A stretch of DNA of 64,000 nt from a virus. The translations under genes and the position numbers were made by a program. The first letter of the stretch is position 1; each line of letters begins with the position of its first letter. Shown piece by piece: positions 21,564 through 31,030 of this stretch. The DNA is taken from positions 12,357-76,356 of the IMG/VR virus record IMGVR_UViG_3300037307_000191; one strand, written 5' to 3'. Below the pieces are notes generated by a model. The model worked only from the letters and a program-made list of their open reading frames with translations, did no database searches and was not told the origin of the DNA.

Positions 21564-23369
21564 TTAGATGTTAATAGGCAGGTCATCAAACTCACTCGGT
21601 GTCACTGGACCATAAGCTCTATAGCGAACGCTCAGGTCATTAGGATCAAACACTAAGATGTCAATGTGAGAGTTATTGTAGAAGGTCACTTCGTACTCTC
21701 CAGTGTTAGCATCACTCTCTGTTTCCTGAATGAACTCCCCAGTGTAGCTTGAATAGAATCGAAGCTTGGCTTGATAAGGAACTCCCATCAGTGTAACAAC
21801 GCCGCGGATTCGATAAGTAACTGAGTAGGTAGAGCGACTTCTGATCTGATGTGGTTGCAAATCAAATGCGTAGTAAGCTAAGAAGCATAGGCTGCCGTTG
21901 ACACTCAAGTGTCCAGGCATGTAATTCATCATTGAGATCTGTCCGGGCTGAGTGATAGATTTAACAGCTAATGTCTTCTGATCATGCAGTACGCCGTCCA
22001 AGTAGAGTGAAACGATTCCCGTTCCTGATTGACGAGTGATTGCTATATGATGCCAGTGACCATCATTGAATAGAAAGCGATTGCCGGCATCATTCAAGAA
22101 TCGTGAATTGAGAACGAGGTCGTTATCAGCTTCAGTGAATTGCAAGCATCCAACAAAGAACTGGTTATCTCTCATATTGATCTGGACCAGTGGACCATTG
22201 AACGGGTACTCAAACGTCATAAAGGTGAACATCACACCTCTGTTTGTTTCGGAGGTGTTAAACCACCACTCGTAAGTGTATGCACTGGCAGATCTTGCTT
22301 GATAGGAATCATACTGGCCTTTCGAGATAAAGACAGCTTGCCCTCCATCTACAAACGTTGCGGCTGATGCTCCTTGAATCCCATCCGGCCCCGGAGCTCC
22401 TCTGATGATTCTGCTACGACCTCCGATGTACTGACCTGAAAATGACCCATAATACGGAGCTATTGTGAAATCAATCAAACTGTCAGCATCATCAAAGGGC
22501 CAGATGTTAGTGGCAAAGTCATTCTTGAGGTACTCATCGTACGCGTACGCTTTGGCGACGTGATTAGTGATCTGATCTTCTGATAGCGCCTTGTCATAGA
22601 CAGCGATTTGATCTAACTGCAGTGCGCTAGTCCAGTAGCCGCTGCTCGTCCCAGCGATGGTGATAGGCGTGGCTACATTGGTGTTGGGGAAGATGTCAGT
22701 ATAACTGTAGATCTGTTCAGTGATTATACGGGAGTTGACGTATGTTCGAGCTGTGCCTCTGTAGTTGTTAGCAGTAATCTGCTCTACCTTCCACGTGAAA
22801 GCGAAGTGCATCTTTCGATTTGTAACAGCACTTCCTCCAGGCATAGAGTTGTAACTACCCGAAGTCCCAACAGTAGCTGATCCACCTGGATGAGTTACAC
22901 CTAGATATGATGCTGAGTAGCTTGAGACGTAATTGATACCAATCACGCCTGATTTGATAAAGATCGGATAAGTTCCATAGCTACCAGGCTGAGTAAACTG
23001 AATCATAAACTCAACCGTGAAGCTGCCTAGACGAGGGAAGGCATAACTGATGGTGTGCGGAATCTCAAGATATGATTTGGCGTAGCCACTCGGATGAGCT
23101 GGATTGTATCCGTAGTAGCCGAAGGTGATACTGTGTTGATCCTCTTGCTCATGAGTGATCATACTACCCATTCCGAGGCGATATCCGAGATACAATTCGT
23201 TATCTGAATGTAGTGTTGCGGGATTGAGGTTGTCAATCTCATCAATGATGACTCGCGGATCACCTGTCGGCACCATCAACTTTCGAGTTACAGGATCAAA
23301 CGCGTCCCCATCAAAAGTCCAAAAGCTAACTGCATCGTCATCAATTACGGTGGTTTTATAACCGGCCAT
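21564..23369 (-). CDS. Tandem LamG-domain virion protein
   Basis: Start reassigned to MAGYKTT after an RBS and late promoter; LDQIAVYDKALS and NDGHWHHIAITR LamG motifs. Confidence 0.75.
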   Translation of the reverse strand: MAGYKTTVIDDDAVSFWTFDGDAFDPVTRKLMVPTGDPRVIIDEIDNLNPATLHSDNELYLGYRLGMGSMITHEQEDQHSITFGYYGYNPAHPSGYAKSYLEIPHTISYAFPRLGSFTVEFMIQFTQPGSYGTYPIFIKSGVIGINYVSSYSASYLGVTHPGGSATVGTSGSYNSMPGGSAVTNRKMHFAFTWKVEQITANNYRGTARTYVNSRIITEQIYSYTDIFPNTNVATPITIAGTSSGYWTSALQLDQIAVYDKALSEDQITNHVAKAYAYDEYLKNDFATNIWPFDDADSLIDFTIAPYYGSFSGQYIGGRSRIIRGAPGPDGIQGASAATFVDGGQAVFISKGQYDSYQARSASAYTYEWWFNTSETNRGVMFTFMTFEYPFNGPLVQINMRDNQFFVGCLQFTEADNDLVLNSRFLNDAGNRFLFNDGHWHHIAITRQSGTGIVSLYLDGVLHDQKTLAVKSITQPGQISMMNYMPGHLSVNGSLCFLAYYAFDLQPHQIRSRSTYSVTYRIRGVVTLMGVPYQAKLRFYSSYTGEFIQETESDANTGEYEVTFYNNSHIDILVFDPNDLSVRYRAYGPVTPSEFDDLPINI

Positions 23370-23403
23370 TATCTCTCTCCTATCATACGTTTGGATGTAA
23401 CCG

Positions 23404-23411
23404 TATTTATA
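23404..23411 (-). promoter_or_regulatory. T4-type late promoter TATAAATA
   Basis: Exact consensus heading the LamG/tail operon. Confidence 0.75.
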
Positions 23412-23414
23412 CGG

Positions 23415-23443
23415 TTGACAGCGCACTCCCTTTACGCTATAAT
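23415..23443 (+). promoter_or_regulatory. Consensus sigma70 promoter TTGACA-N17-TATAAT
   Basis: ttgaca gcgcactccctttacgc tataat, followed by a GAGGAG RBS. Confidence 0.9.
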
Positions 23444-23469
23444 AGGTTAAGTAACATGAGGAGTGTTCT

Positions 23470-23667
23470 ATGACTGAGTGTGAGTGTGGCAATCTCATCC
23501 ATCCAGAACGAGTCAAACTGGGTTACGATGTATGCTTGGAGTGTGGAGAGAAACGAGCCATAGAAGATAGATCGCACTGGACAGTCGTTCCAATGCACAA
23601 GAGCAACTACGTTCTGGTAACTGACGCATCCTTATTGAAAGGTCTCAATAAGAGTATGCAATCTTGA
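23470..23667 (+). CDS. Small C4 zinc-finger protein, TraR/DksA-like
   Basis: CECGNLIHPERVKLGYDVCLEC pattern; has its own promoter, RBS and terminator. Confidence 0.6.
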   Translation: MTECECGNLIHPERVKLGYDVCLECGEKRAIEDRSHWTVVPMHKSNYVLVTDASLLKGLNKSMQS

Positions 23668-23676
23668 TTACACAGT

Positions 23677-23702
23677 AAAAAGCCCGCAATTTGCGGGCTT
23701 TT
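23677..23702. terminator. Bidirectional intrinsic terminator
   Basis: aaaaagcccgcaa-t-ttgcgggctttt between convergent genes. Confidence 0.9.
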
Positions 23703-23721
23703 CTATGACTGAAGATAACTA

Positions 23722-24432
23722 TCAGCCACCTAGGTTGATGATTTCAGCTTTGACATCATCGATAGCGGTTCCAGAGTACTGAGATCCGATAACAACGAAA
23801 GCAGCATCTTCGAGTGCTTCAAGCAATCTTAGAGTCTGCAATGAGTTGTCGAATGCAATGAGCAGTGTTCTGAAATCAGAAGCAGATGGAGCTGATGCAA
23901 CGATAGTGACTGTAGGAGTAGATAGATACCATCCACCGTTGACGATAGTGACAGAGTCAATCGCGCCAGTATCCAGAACGACTGCAAGTTCACCGCCGGT
24001 GCCGTCACCGCCTGTGATAACTGCGGTTGCTCCGATGTAGTTAGATCCACCGTTGACGATAGTGTATGAGCCGATAGCTTTCTCAACCAAGAAGCTGATC
24101 TTGCATCCAGTACCGCCAGTCGGTGCCACAGTAGTTGCGACGCCTGTTCCGTTAGCTGAAACGCCGACTCCAGCCGTAGTGAGTGTAACACCAGTTACAC
24201 CGCCTGTACCATCCACAGCAGTGACGGTCAGTGTTGGATCAGTAGATCCGACATCCATAGTCAGGACATCATTGACAGCATATCCAGATCCAGCTGTGTG
24301 AATGACAATAGACGAAGCTCTAACTCGTCCCGTGGCTTCGAGTCCCACAGTTACTTCACCGCCTGATCCAGAGCCCCCTCTGCAGAGCTCATCAATCTTA
24401 GCGACGTATTGATTTAGGGTTGTAGTTTCCAT
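23722..24432 (-). CDS. Gly/Thr/Val-rich virion protein
   Basis: Repeated (A/G)GSxY and VTIVNGG beta motifs typical of T4-like structural proteins. Confidence 0.6.
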   Translation of the reverse strand: METTTLNQYVAKIDELCRGGSGSGGEVTVGLEATGRVRASSIVIHTAGSGYAVNDVLTMDVGSTDPTLTVTAVDGTGGVTGVTLTTAGVGVSANGTGVATTVAPTGGTGCKISFLVEKAIGSYTIVNGGSNYIGATAVITGGDGTGGELAVVLDTGAIDSVTIVNGGWYLSTPTVTIVASAPSASDFRTLLIAFDNSLQTLRLLEALEDAAFVVIGSQYSGTAIDDVKAEIINLGG

Positions 24433-24449
24433 GTTATTGTTGTCTCCAA

Positions 24450-24878
24450 TTAGCAGGTTGCGCGTGTGATTCTGAGCTGTCCGGCGAGAATCTTAGGCGC
24501 GCCGTCGCCATTGTTGACTGTCTTACTTGTCGTCAAGTAAGCTACATAGTACAGGTTGCCTGCTGTCTGTGCATCAAAGAGGCCCGCTCCTTGAATCGTT
24601 CCCCAGTTAGCTGTAGGAACGTTGAACGTGAGATCGCTGATATTGCTGTACTCTCTGTTAGCACCACTTGGGCCTTGCCAGCCGTTAGTCGCTAAGATTT
24701 GAATACGCCCGTAGTTCGTTCCAGATGTGCTCACCTCAACACCACCAGTCGCATCAAGTGCAGGAACAGTGGTGAAAAGCGCAACCCAAAGGCTCGAAGG
24801 AGCAGTCCAGGCTGTGTTCTTGAGTAGATAGTTCATCTGCGAATCATGCAAATAGTTTGACGTGGTTGCTGATGGCAT
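24450..24878 (-). CDS. Tail-fibre-associated structural protein
   Basis: SNYL...LWVALFT...EVS...YGR...ANWGTI...LFDAQTAGN family motif. Confidence 0.7.
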   Translation of the reverse strand: MPSATTSNYLHDSQMNYLLKNTAWTAPSSLWVALFTTVPALDATGGVEVSTSGTNYGRIQILATNGWQGPSGANREYSNISDLTFNVPTANWGTIQGAGLFDAQTAGNLYYVAYLTTSKTVNNGDGAPKILAGQLRITRATC

Positions 24879-24922
24879 TAGTTGTTCTCCTTAAAAATTA
24901 CAGTAATGTAAGTGTTCTTTCA

Positions 24923-24930
24923 TATTTATA
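24923..24930 (-). promoter_or_regulatory. T4-type late promoter TATAAATA
   Basis: Exact consensus upstream of the start at 24878. Confidence 0.75.
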
Positions 24931-24947
24931 ATCTACAGCATTGGCTG

Positions 24948-25511
24948 TTACATATCATCCTTGAGAAGCTTTGAGAATTGTATATCATCTAGTTGGAACA
25001 GAGCTTTCACTCCCTTTTGTTTTTCCAACTCTTCAAGAGCCACAGGAGATAGATTCGTTCGTATCTGACCATTCAAGTACACCAATGGAAAGCACCAGTT
25101 GTTGTCAATAGTCTCACCGGGGTCAAGCAAATTCATTGTGTTGTATGCCTTCTCGTACTTGAGAGCTGGAATCTTTCCCATTCCGGATTGATTGTTGATG
25201 GCATACGCGATTTGGTGATGAAGTAGGATCCCCTTCCAAACAAAGATCAGAAACTCCTGACTGGAATTGAATATCAGGCCACGCCAATACCCCATGTTGT
25301 TGCCTAGAACAGTCTTAGCTTCTTCAGTGTCGAAAGACTTCAAGTATCTCAAGAGATTGAATGATCTCTTAGGCAACGCCTCAAAGAACGAAAGGGCTCC
25401 TGTTTTAGCTGTCACTCCTTTGCGACCTGTTGCTTTCAAAACATCTAAAGAGATCTGAGTTGCTTTGGGGCTGTTGAAGTCTTCTTGAATGAATTGATCG
25501 AATGTTTTCAT
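24948..25511 (-). CDS. Putative internal head protein 4
   Basis: Starts MKTFDQFIQE, similar to the T4 capsid-targeting sequence MKTYQEFIAE. Confidence 0.6.
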   Translation of the reverse strand: MKTFDQFIQEDFNSPKATQISLDVLKATGRKGVTAKTGALSFFEALPKRSFNLLRYLKSFDTEEAKTVLGNNMGYWRGLIFNSSQEFLIFVWKGILLHHQIAYAINNQSGMGKIPALKYEKAYNTMNLLDPGETIDNNWCFPLVYLNGQIRTNLSPVALEELEKQKGVKALFQLDDIQFSKLLKDDM

Positions 25512-25521
25512 TTGGTAATCC

Positions 25522-25998
25522 TTATCGATATGCTGCTCTGAGTTCTTGTCTGAGCATAGCATCAACGCTATCTGGAATGAAGAGAGGATTGTGCAGATAG
25601 GTACAATTCTGTTTCAATCTCTCAAAGGCTAGTTGCGGATCTTCGTAGTACAGTGATGAGTAGTCGAATGGTGGGTTGTTTAAGATCACACTGTAAGGCT
25701 CTCTACTCGCCCCCATATAGATCTTGCCTCTCTTCACTCTTCCTATTCCCTTATACGTCGATTTCGGATCCAATTTCAGATACTTCAAAACAGAGTCATG
25801 AATGAGTAGTGCGTTGAAGGCATACACCTTACCTGTTTTCGCATCTACTAAGAATCTAACATCACCGTAACTGTCAGCATCAATCTCACCCAGATCCTTC
25901 GGTGTTGGATTGTCATAGACTTTGAACTCTTTCCCGAACCCTGGGTTCTTCAGATTCGTCAGCCAGTCTTCTCTAATGAACTCATCGAATGTTTTCAT
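25522..25998 (-). CDS. Putative internal head protein 3
   Basis: MKTFDEFIRE start; VYDNPT...VRFL...LIH motif shared with neighbours. Confidence 0.6.
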   Translation of the reverse strand: MKTFDEFIREDWLTNLKNPGFGKEFKVYDNPTPKDLGEIDADSYGDVRFLVDAKTGKVYAFNALLIHDSVLKYLKLDPKSTYKGIGRVKRGKIYMGASREPYSVILNNPPFDYSSLYYEDPQLAFERLKQNCTYLHNPLFIPDSVDAMLRQELRAAYR

Positions 25999-26534
25999 AG
26001 CAAACTAAGTACATCAGCAGGTGTGAATCTCTTTGAGAAAGAGTAGATGTATCTATCTACAAATGAATAGTCCTTACACATCTGCTTTAACTCTTGTTCA
26101 AAAGTATCAGGAGTACCAAACCCCTTAGGCAGCACTCCTTTGGAGATCTTCAATCCAGCATTGGCGTAGGTGAAAGATGGTGAGAAGTTGATGTCGTTAG
26201 AAGGATCGGCAACATACATGAGCTCTCCAGCTTCAACATTACACTCTCCAGTGAACACTGTTTTAGGAGCCTCATAGTCGACATCGGACGTGATCTTTCC
26301 TGCTGCCTTTAAGCGCTGTATCATCGCCAAGTGCAGAACAGCATTAGCATCCCATACAAACAGCTTTTGAGTCTTAGGGATTGCAATGAATCTAAGCCTC
26401 TTGATGAATGCCTTAGATAGTGCGGCAAGGTCAGATGATGTTGGGTTCTCAAAGACAGGCGTTGATTCATTAGAGATAGATTTGACATCTAAGGCCCACT
26501 TCTCATCTAAAAACTGTTTGAATGATTTGATCAT
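25995..26534 (-). CDS. Putative internal head protein 2
   Basis: MIKSFKQFLDE start; VFENPTSSDL...LRFIAIP...LH motif. Confidence 0.6.
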   Translation of the reverse strand: MIKSFKQFLDEKWALDVKSISNESTPVFENPTSSDLAALSKAFIKRLRFIAIPKTQKLFVWDANAVLHLAMIQRLKAAGKITSDVDYEAPKTVFTGECNVEAGELMYVADPSNDINFSPSFTYANAGLKISKGVLPKGFGTPDTFEQELKQMCKDYSFVDRYIYSFSKRFTPADVLSLL

Positions 26535-27110
26535 TCTAGTGTCCTCATCCCTAGTGCGCGCATTAGTCGCACAAACGGATTGGACTGTAAAAATTCTGAT
26601 AGATAGTTCCCCGTAAAGCGATATGACTTCTCTATTGCAGGCAGTGCAGCCTTGAATTCATCAGCTGTTTTGTATGGAGGCGGAATCCTGTTTGCAGGCA
26701 AGGGTCTCTTTGATCTTGCAGCATCAATCAAGGTATCAAGATCAACATCAATCACTGAAGGATCGTAAGTGAGTTCACCATTAGCCAACTTGGCCAGCCC
26801 GCCTAACACAAGATCAACTCTGTTTATGTCAATCTTCGTTGGGACTTTCTTGTTCTTTTGAAGCTGTAAGAGTGTCGGATCATGCAGAGCCTTTTCAGCA
26901 CTCCAGATGAACACTTTCTTACTAGATGGGATTGCAAGGAATCGAACGCCTCCGACTACTAGATAGCCCGTCTTTGGCTAACTGCGTCAAATCAGAGGTG
27001 GTTGGGTTCTCGTAGATAGGAACTGTCTTCTTAGTGGCCGGCTGACCGAATCCAGTAAGAGTGATGTCGACAGTCCATTTTTCATCTATAAACTCTTGGA
27101 ATGTTTGCAT
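26531..27110 (-). CDS. Putative internal head protein 1; +1 shift at CGG (26954)
   Basis: MQTFQEFIDE...IYENPTTSDL...SSS[CGGA]GVRFLAIPSSKKVFIW aligns with the adjacent paralogue only if the two ORFs are joined. Confidence 0.7.
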
Positions 27111-27150
27111 TAGAAGTCCTGTAACGATTTGTTTTAAGTTATTTATTAAA

Positions 27151-28137
27151 TCAAGGATTGAGATCAATCCTCGGTGCCGTGAGCTTCATATGCACGTTAG
27201 AGTTAGCGTACATGTGTCCATCCACTTGAATGTCATAGTTTCCGCCTACGTGCAACTCATAGTTGCCGTGAATGTACTCTTTGCAGTTACCAAAGACTTC
27301 AATGAAAGAATTGCCCTTGATCAGAAGATGGTTGTTTCCATCTATCGTGCACATCCCGTTGCCCCAGACGTGCAAGTGCTCATCCTTCTCAATGATAACG
27401 TGTCTCTCATGCAGTACTCGATGCACTTCAAGCCCGTTAGGGTGTATCTCAGTGAAGGTTCCTTTCTTGTGTTGCAGGTAGTAGCGCTCTGCACCTGGAG
27501 TGTCATCGAACTCTTCAATGTGTCCGCAGTTATCTGGTGGGCTACTCCCACTCACATCTACATGAGGCTTGGGCTCTGTCTCTCTGACGTGGTTGTATGG
27601 GTACTGTGCAGCATACGGAGTGGGAGGTTCTTTCCACTGACCACCAAAAGCCTTGGACGCGGTGTCAACTCGATCCCTTCTCCACTTGACAGGAGTCTTA
27701 TCAGTTTTCTCATTGCGTGCTAAGCGACTAGTATCCTGTTCACTAGCATCGTAACGAGTGTACACTCCTTTAGGATCATTGAAGCCTTTATCGGGCTGTG
27801 CCTTCTCTGGCTTTCCGTAGAGTGTTCCTAAGATCACAGGATTCTGCGCGTTGTGACCATCTAAGAAGAATCCCACAACCGTAGTGCCTGGAAGAATCCC
27901 AGTAGGGCTGAATCCAACTCCACCGAAAGATGACGATTGAATCGGCGATACAACAGCCGCCCAGAAGAGGTCTTCTGATTTGATCTTGTCTTTCTCTTCG
28001 GTGTGATAGCCGTACACACGCACGCGTAAGCGACCAAGTTTTTCTGGATCCATTCTATCTTCAACCACTCCATACCACCAAACAAACTGCCCCATGGAGA
28101 AGGCGTTGGTGTTCATCTGTCTGTTAATGACACTCAT
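27151..28137 (-). CDS. Baseplate central spike (gp5-like) without lysozyme domain
   Basis: WWYGVVEDRMDPEKLGRLRVR OB-fold, YPYNHV, GHIEEFDDTPGAER, beta-helix repeats, C-terminal RIDLN. Confidence 0.9.
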   Translation of the reverse strand: MSVINRQMNTNAFSMGQFVWWYGVVEDRMDPEKLGRLRVRVYGYHTEEKDKIKSEDLFWAAVVSPIQSSSFGGVGFSPTGILPGTTVVGFFLDGHNAQNPVILGTLYGKPEKAQPDKGFNDPKGVYTRYDASEQDTSRLARNEKTDKTPVKWRRDRVDTASKAFGGQWKEPPTPYAAQYPYNHVRETEPKPHVDVSGSSPPDNCGHIEEFDDTPGAERYYLQHKKGTFTEIHPNGLEVHRVLHERHVIIEKDEHLHVWGNGMCTIDGNNHLLIKGNSFIEVFGNCKEYIHGNYELHVGGNYDIQVDGHMYANSNVHMKLTAPRIDLNP

Positions 28138-28373
28138 TAGATTCGACCTCCCCTTGCGAGTTCAATTTCTTCTTTCACTGCTTGAACATCATACTCCAAC
28201 CCAATGCTCGAAGGCGGACGCTGAGCATTCACAGGTCCAAAGAAACCTTCTAACCCTTGCTCTTGAATCAGCTTGTTGAAGGCCTCTCTTTTCAGTTTTA
28301 CCTCTTCAGGCTCTTCGATCAATTTTGATTGATCTAGAGTTAGTTTGTTGAAATCTATGATCGGTGCTCTCAT
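28137..28373 (-). CDS. Hypothetical protein
   Basis: 78-aa ORF with overlapping start/stop at both ends. Confidence 0.55.
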   Translation of the reverse strand: MRAPIIDFNKLTLDQSKLIEEPEEVKLKREAFNKLIQEQGLEGFFGPVNAQRPPSSIGLEYDVQAVKEEIELARGGRI

Positions 28374-29170
28374 ATTGTGTCAAACCTCTTCTTTGCTGTT
28401 ATGTAATCAATACCAAAGTGTTTTGCAATCTTTGTGACACCCCATCCTCCATCTTTCAGATTCTTCATTGCAGCAAGAAACTCTTCCTCAGTATCAAATC
28501 CTATTTTAGTTAGAAACACCTTTCTTCGTGCTTTTTGTAAGTTACCAGAAGCACGCAATGAATCTAATCGTTTTTGAATATGCTCAGGAGTTAGCTTAGA
28601 CCCCTTTCTTGCTCTACTTATACACTCTTTGTGGATCTGAGATATAGAGGTTCTTCGGATAGCTTTTTTGCGATTCTCTTTCAGAAAGACAGGATCAACA
28701 GTTGATATGATGTCGTCAAAACATCTTCCTTGAATTCCAAACTCCTGTCTTATCTTGTTGGGGGTCATTCCATCAGACAGTGCATATAGAACAAACCTCG
28801 TCATCTCCTCTACATCTTCAAATCCAATCTTTTGAGCATACAGTAACCTGTTTGTCGTCCCAATTTTACTTTTGTGTTCAGAAGAAAATTTCTGTCCGGG
28901 TGTATATCCTTTACCTCCAAGTGATAGATTTAAGCAGAGGGGATTAGACAGGAGGTCATGATTTACGATCTCAATCTCCTTTTGTCGACTCTCACTGAGT
29001 GAAGAGAATGAGTGCAATGTTTCTCTGATAAATTGATCTCTTGGGTATTTGGCAGTCAAGCTACGAATGCGAATACCAGATCCGAGATAATCATCACCAT
29101 TCTCTTTATGTTGTCCGATATAGAATTGACCAGTTGGAATGTGTGTTGTTTTGTAAACGATGTATTCCAT
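28370..29170 (-). CDS. Seg-like GIY-YIG homing endonuclease
   Basis: YIVYKTTHIPTGQFYIGQH...YLGSG...LNLSLGG; C-terminal HTH-like segments. Confidence 0.85.
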   Translation of the reverse strand: MEYIVYKTTHIPTGQFYIGQHKENGDDYLGSGIRIRSLTAKYPRDQFIRETLHSFSSLSESRQKEIEIVNHDLLSNPLCLNLSLGGKGYTPGQKFSSEHKSKIGTTNRLLYAQKIGFEDVEEMTRFVLYALSDGMTPNKIRQEFGIQGRCFDDIISTVDPVFLKENRKKAIRRTSISQIHKECISRARKGSKLTPEHIQKRLDSLRASGNLQKARRKVFLTKIGFDTEEEFLAAMKNLKDGGWGVTKIAKHFGIDYITAKKRFDTI

Positions 29171-29172
29171 TA

Positions 29173-30408
29173 TTAGACCCCACTTGACTGCATGCGCTCT
29201 TCCAATCGGCTCTTCAACAGTTCCATGTTAGCAACGTAGTAGTTTTGTGTGATACTGTGCATCACATGTGAAACGAGATAATCTCCTTTGAAGTACTTGT
29301 CATACACTTCATCTGTTTGATCTTGATGACTCGGGAGTTCGACTGCGCACTTCTTACCCAAAAACTCCCAGACCTTAGCACCGCCTGGGATCTGAATTTG
29401 TAACTTGTCTTGCTCAAGTTTCATTAGTCGCGACTTGCGACTGACGTGCCAGTTCGTTACTTGATCATCTATAGTTGGATTAGAATGCAGTCCTGGATGC
29501 TTAGGGAGGAAGCTGACATTCGCATTCTCTGCTTGATCAAAGACATCCCAAGGCTTCTTCTCCTTATCCGCTGACAGATCATCGCCGAAGCTAAAGGTCT
29601 TATTCTCCCACTTTTTACTAATCACATCATAGCTCAGTAACTTAGTGCGATAGTAACCAGCTCCTAAGTTGCCCATCCCATCGTAGTGGAATGTCATGAA
29701 CTTGTTGATCATGATTGAGTAGTCGTCTTTGAAGTTACCAGAATCATCTCTGACGTGACTAGGTCTTTGCTTGAATGTGATTCCAGTATCTTCACTCGTG
29801 TATAGAACTTCGAGACTTCTAAACCAGTACTGATCAAAGTCTTTCATAAAGAATACGTAATCACTACGATTTTCTTTGAGTGCTAGTTTTGCGAACCACC
29901 AGCCTGCTATGTACGGCGTCCAGTTAGGAACAATGACGTGGTAGTTGACATCACTCGAATCACTCTGAGATAAAGACCCTCCTAGGAATTCACTACAGAT
30001 GTTACTCACCGCATCTTCTGGTTTCTGATTTGAATAGGTCTTTTGAATGCGCACTGTTTGATTGGTTAGAAATCCTTTTGATGCGCAAAAGAGATCATAG
30101 CGTTGATTCATCTGTCCCTTCAAGCGTTTATCACCGATCTTGTAGATGATGAAGTCGTAAGACTTATCGCCATCAAGCTGACTCTCTGTCTGTGTTTCAA
30201 CAGTCAAGGATAGCGCGCTTCCTGGACGAATCGGGATGTTCATCAAGATGTTTGCGTTGTCTTGAATAGTGATCACTGCACTCCAACAAGGTGTGAAGAT
30301 GTCTTGATAGATAGCAGCGTGAACCACAAACTGATTGATATTCTTTCCATCAATAGTCGCCGTTAGATTCTTGACGTCACCAAAGTTACCTGATTTCGTT
30401 ACTCTCAT
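29173..30408 (-). CDS. Baseplate hub protein (gp27-like)
   Basis: IYQDIFTP, HVIVPNWTP, DKYFKGDYLVSHVMH motifs; lies between gp53 and gp5. Confidence 0.7.
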   Translation of the reverse strand: MRVTKSGNFGDVKNLTATIDGKNINQFVVHAAIYQDIFTPCWSAVITIQDNANILMNIPIRPGSALSLTVETQTESQLDGDKSYDFIIYKIGDKRLKGQMNQRYDLFCASKGFLTNQTVRIQKTYSNQKPEDAVSNICSEFLGGSLSQSDSSDVNYHVIVPNWTPYIAGWWFAKLALKENRSDYVFFMKDFDQYWFRSLEVLYTSEDTGITFKQRPSHVRDDSGNFKDDYSIMINKFMTFHYDGMGNLGAGYYRTKLLSYDVISKKWENKTFSFGDDLSADKEKKPWDVFDQAENANVSFLPKHPGLHSNPTIDDQVTNWHVSRKSRLMKLEQDKLQIQIPGGAKVWEFLGKKCAVELPSHQDQTDEVYDKYFKGDYLVSHVMHSITQNYYVANMELLKSRLEERMQSSGV

Positions 30409-31016
30409 ACTTGAGTCCCGCGTAGCATTTTGTTGAAGTCTTCTTGGAAGCTAATGATCTGGGATGGTATCACTAGAATGATCTTACGCCTCTCTAAGTT
30501 CACCTCTCTTTCATATTCAAAGTTAGTCACTGGCAAGATGTTGTTTCCGACTTTCTGCGGATTCCTTTCCCACAATCCACGGTAGTACTCATCTTCAAGA
30601 TCATCACAAACACGCCCTGTTTGCACATTGAAGAAATGATGAATTCCACCGACCCCTGAACTGTGTGGAACCGTGTACATTGTCCCATCAGTGAGTTGTT
30701 GTTGGACTCCATTTAAGTACTTCTTAGCTACAAACACCTCAAGAACATCAGTAGGCATAGCCCACTCTGTGTAAGGATCAATGATATCATTGACGAGGAG
30801 GATAGACCAGTAGTACATCGGGTCTTTGTAAAACTTGTGACTCAAACTCTCAACGCTATCATCATCCCTGATAGTGTACTGATTGAAGATCATTGACTTG
30901 AGTGTATTGATCTTCCTCAAGAAAAACGCAGTCAGGATGTTAGTAACGATTTTCTTCTCGTTAGGCTTGGATACAAATCCGTAGCTCATTTTAGGGAATT
31001 TGAAAAAGAAGAACAT
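30405..31016 (-). CDS. Baseplate wedge subunit (gp53-like)
   Basis: FFKFPKMSY, YWSILLVNDIIDPYTEW, IHHF, VTNFEYE...NLERRKI. Confidence 0.85.
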   Translation of the reverse strand: MFFFFKFPKMSYGFVSKPNEKKIVTNILTAFFLRKINTLKSMIFNQYTIRDDDSVESLSHKFYKDPMYYWSILLVNDIIDPYTEWAMPTDVLEVFVAKKYLNGVQQQLTDGTMYTVPHSSGVGGIHHFFNVQTGRVCDDLEDEYYRGLWERNPQKVGNNILPVTNFEYEREVNLERRKIILVIPSQIISFQEDFNKMLRGTQV

Positions 31017-31030
31017 AGTATCAATCTCTC

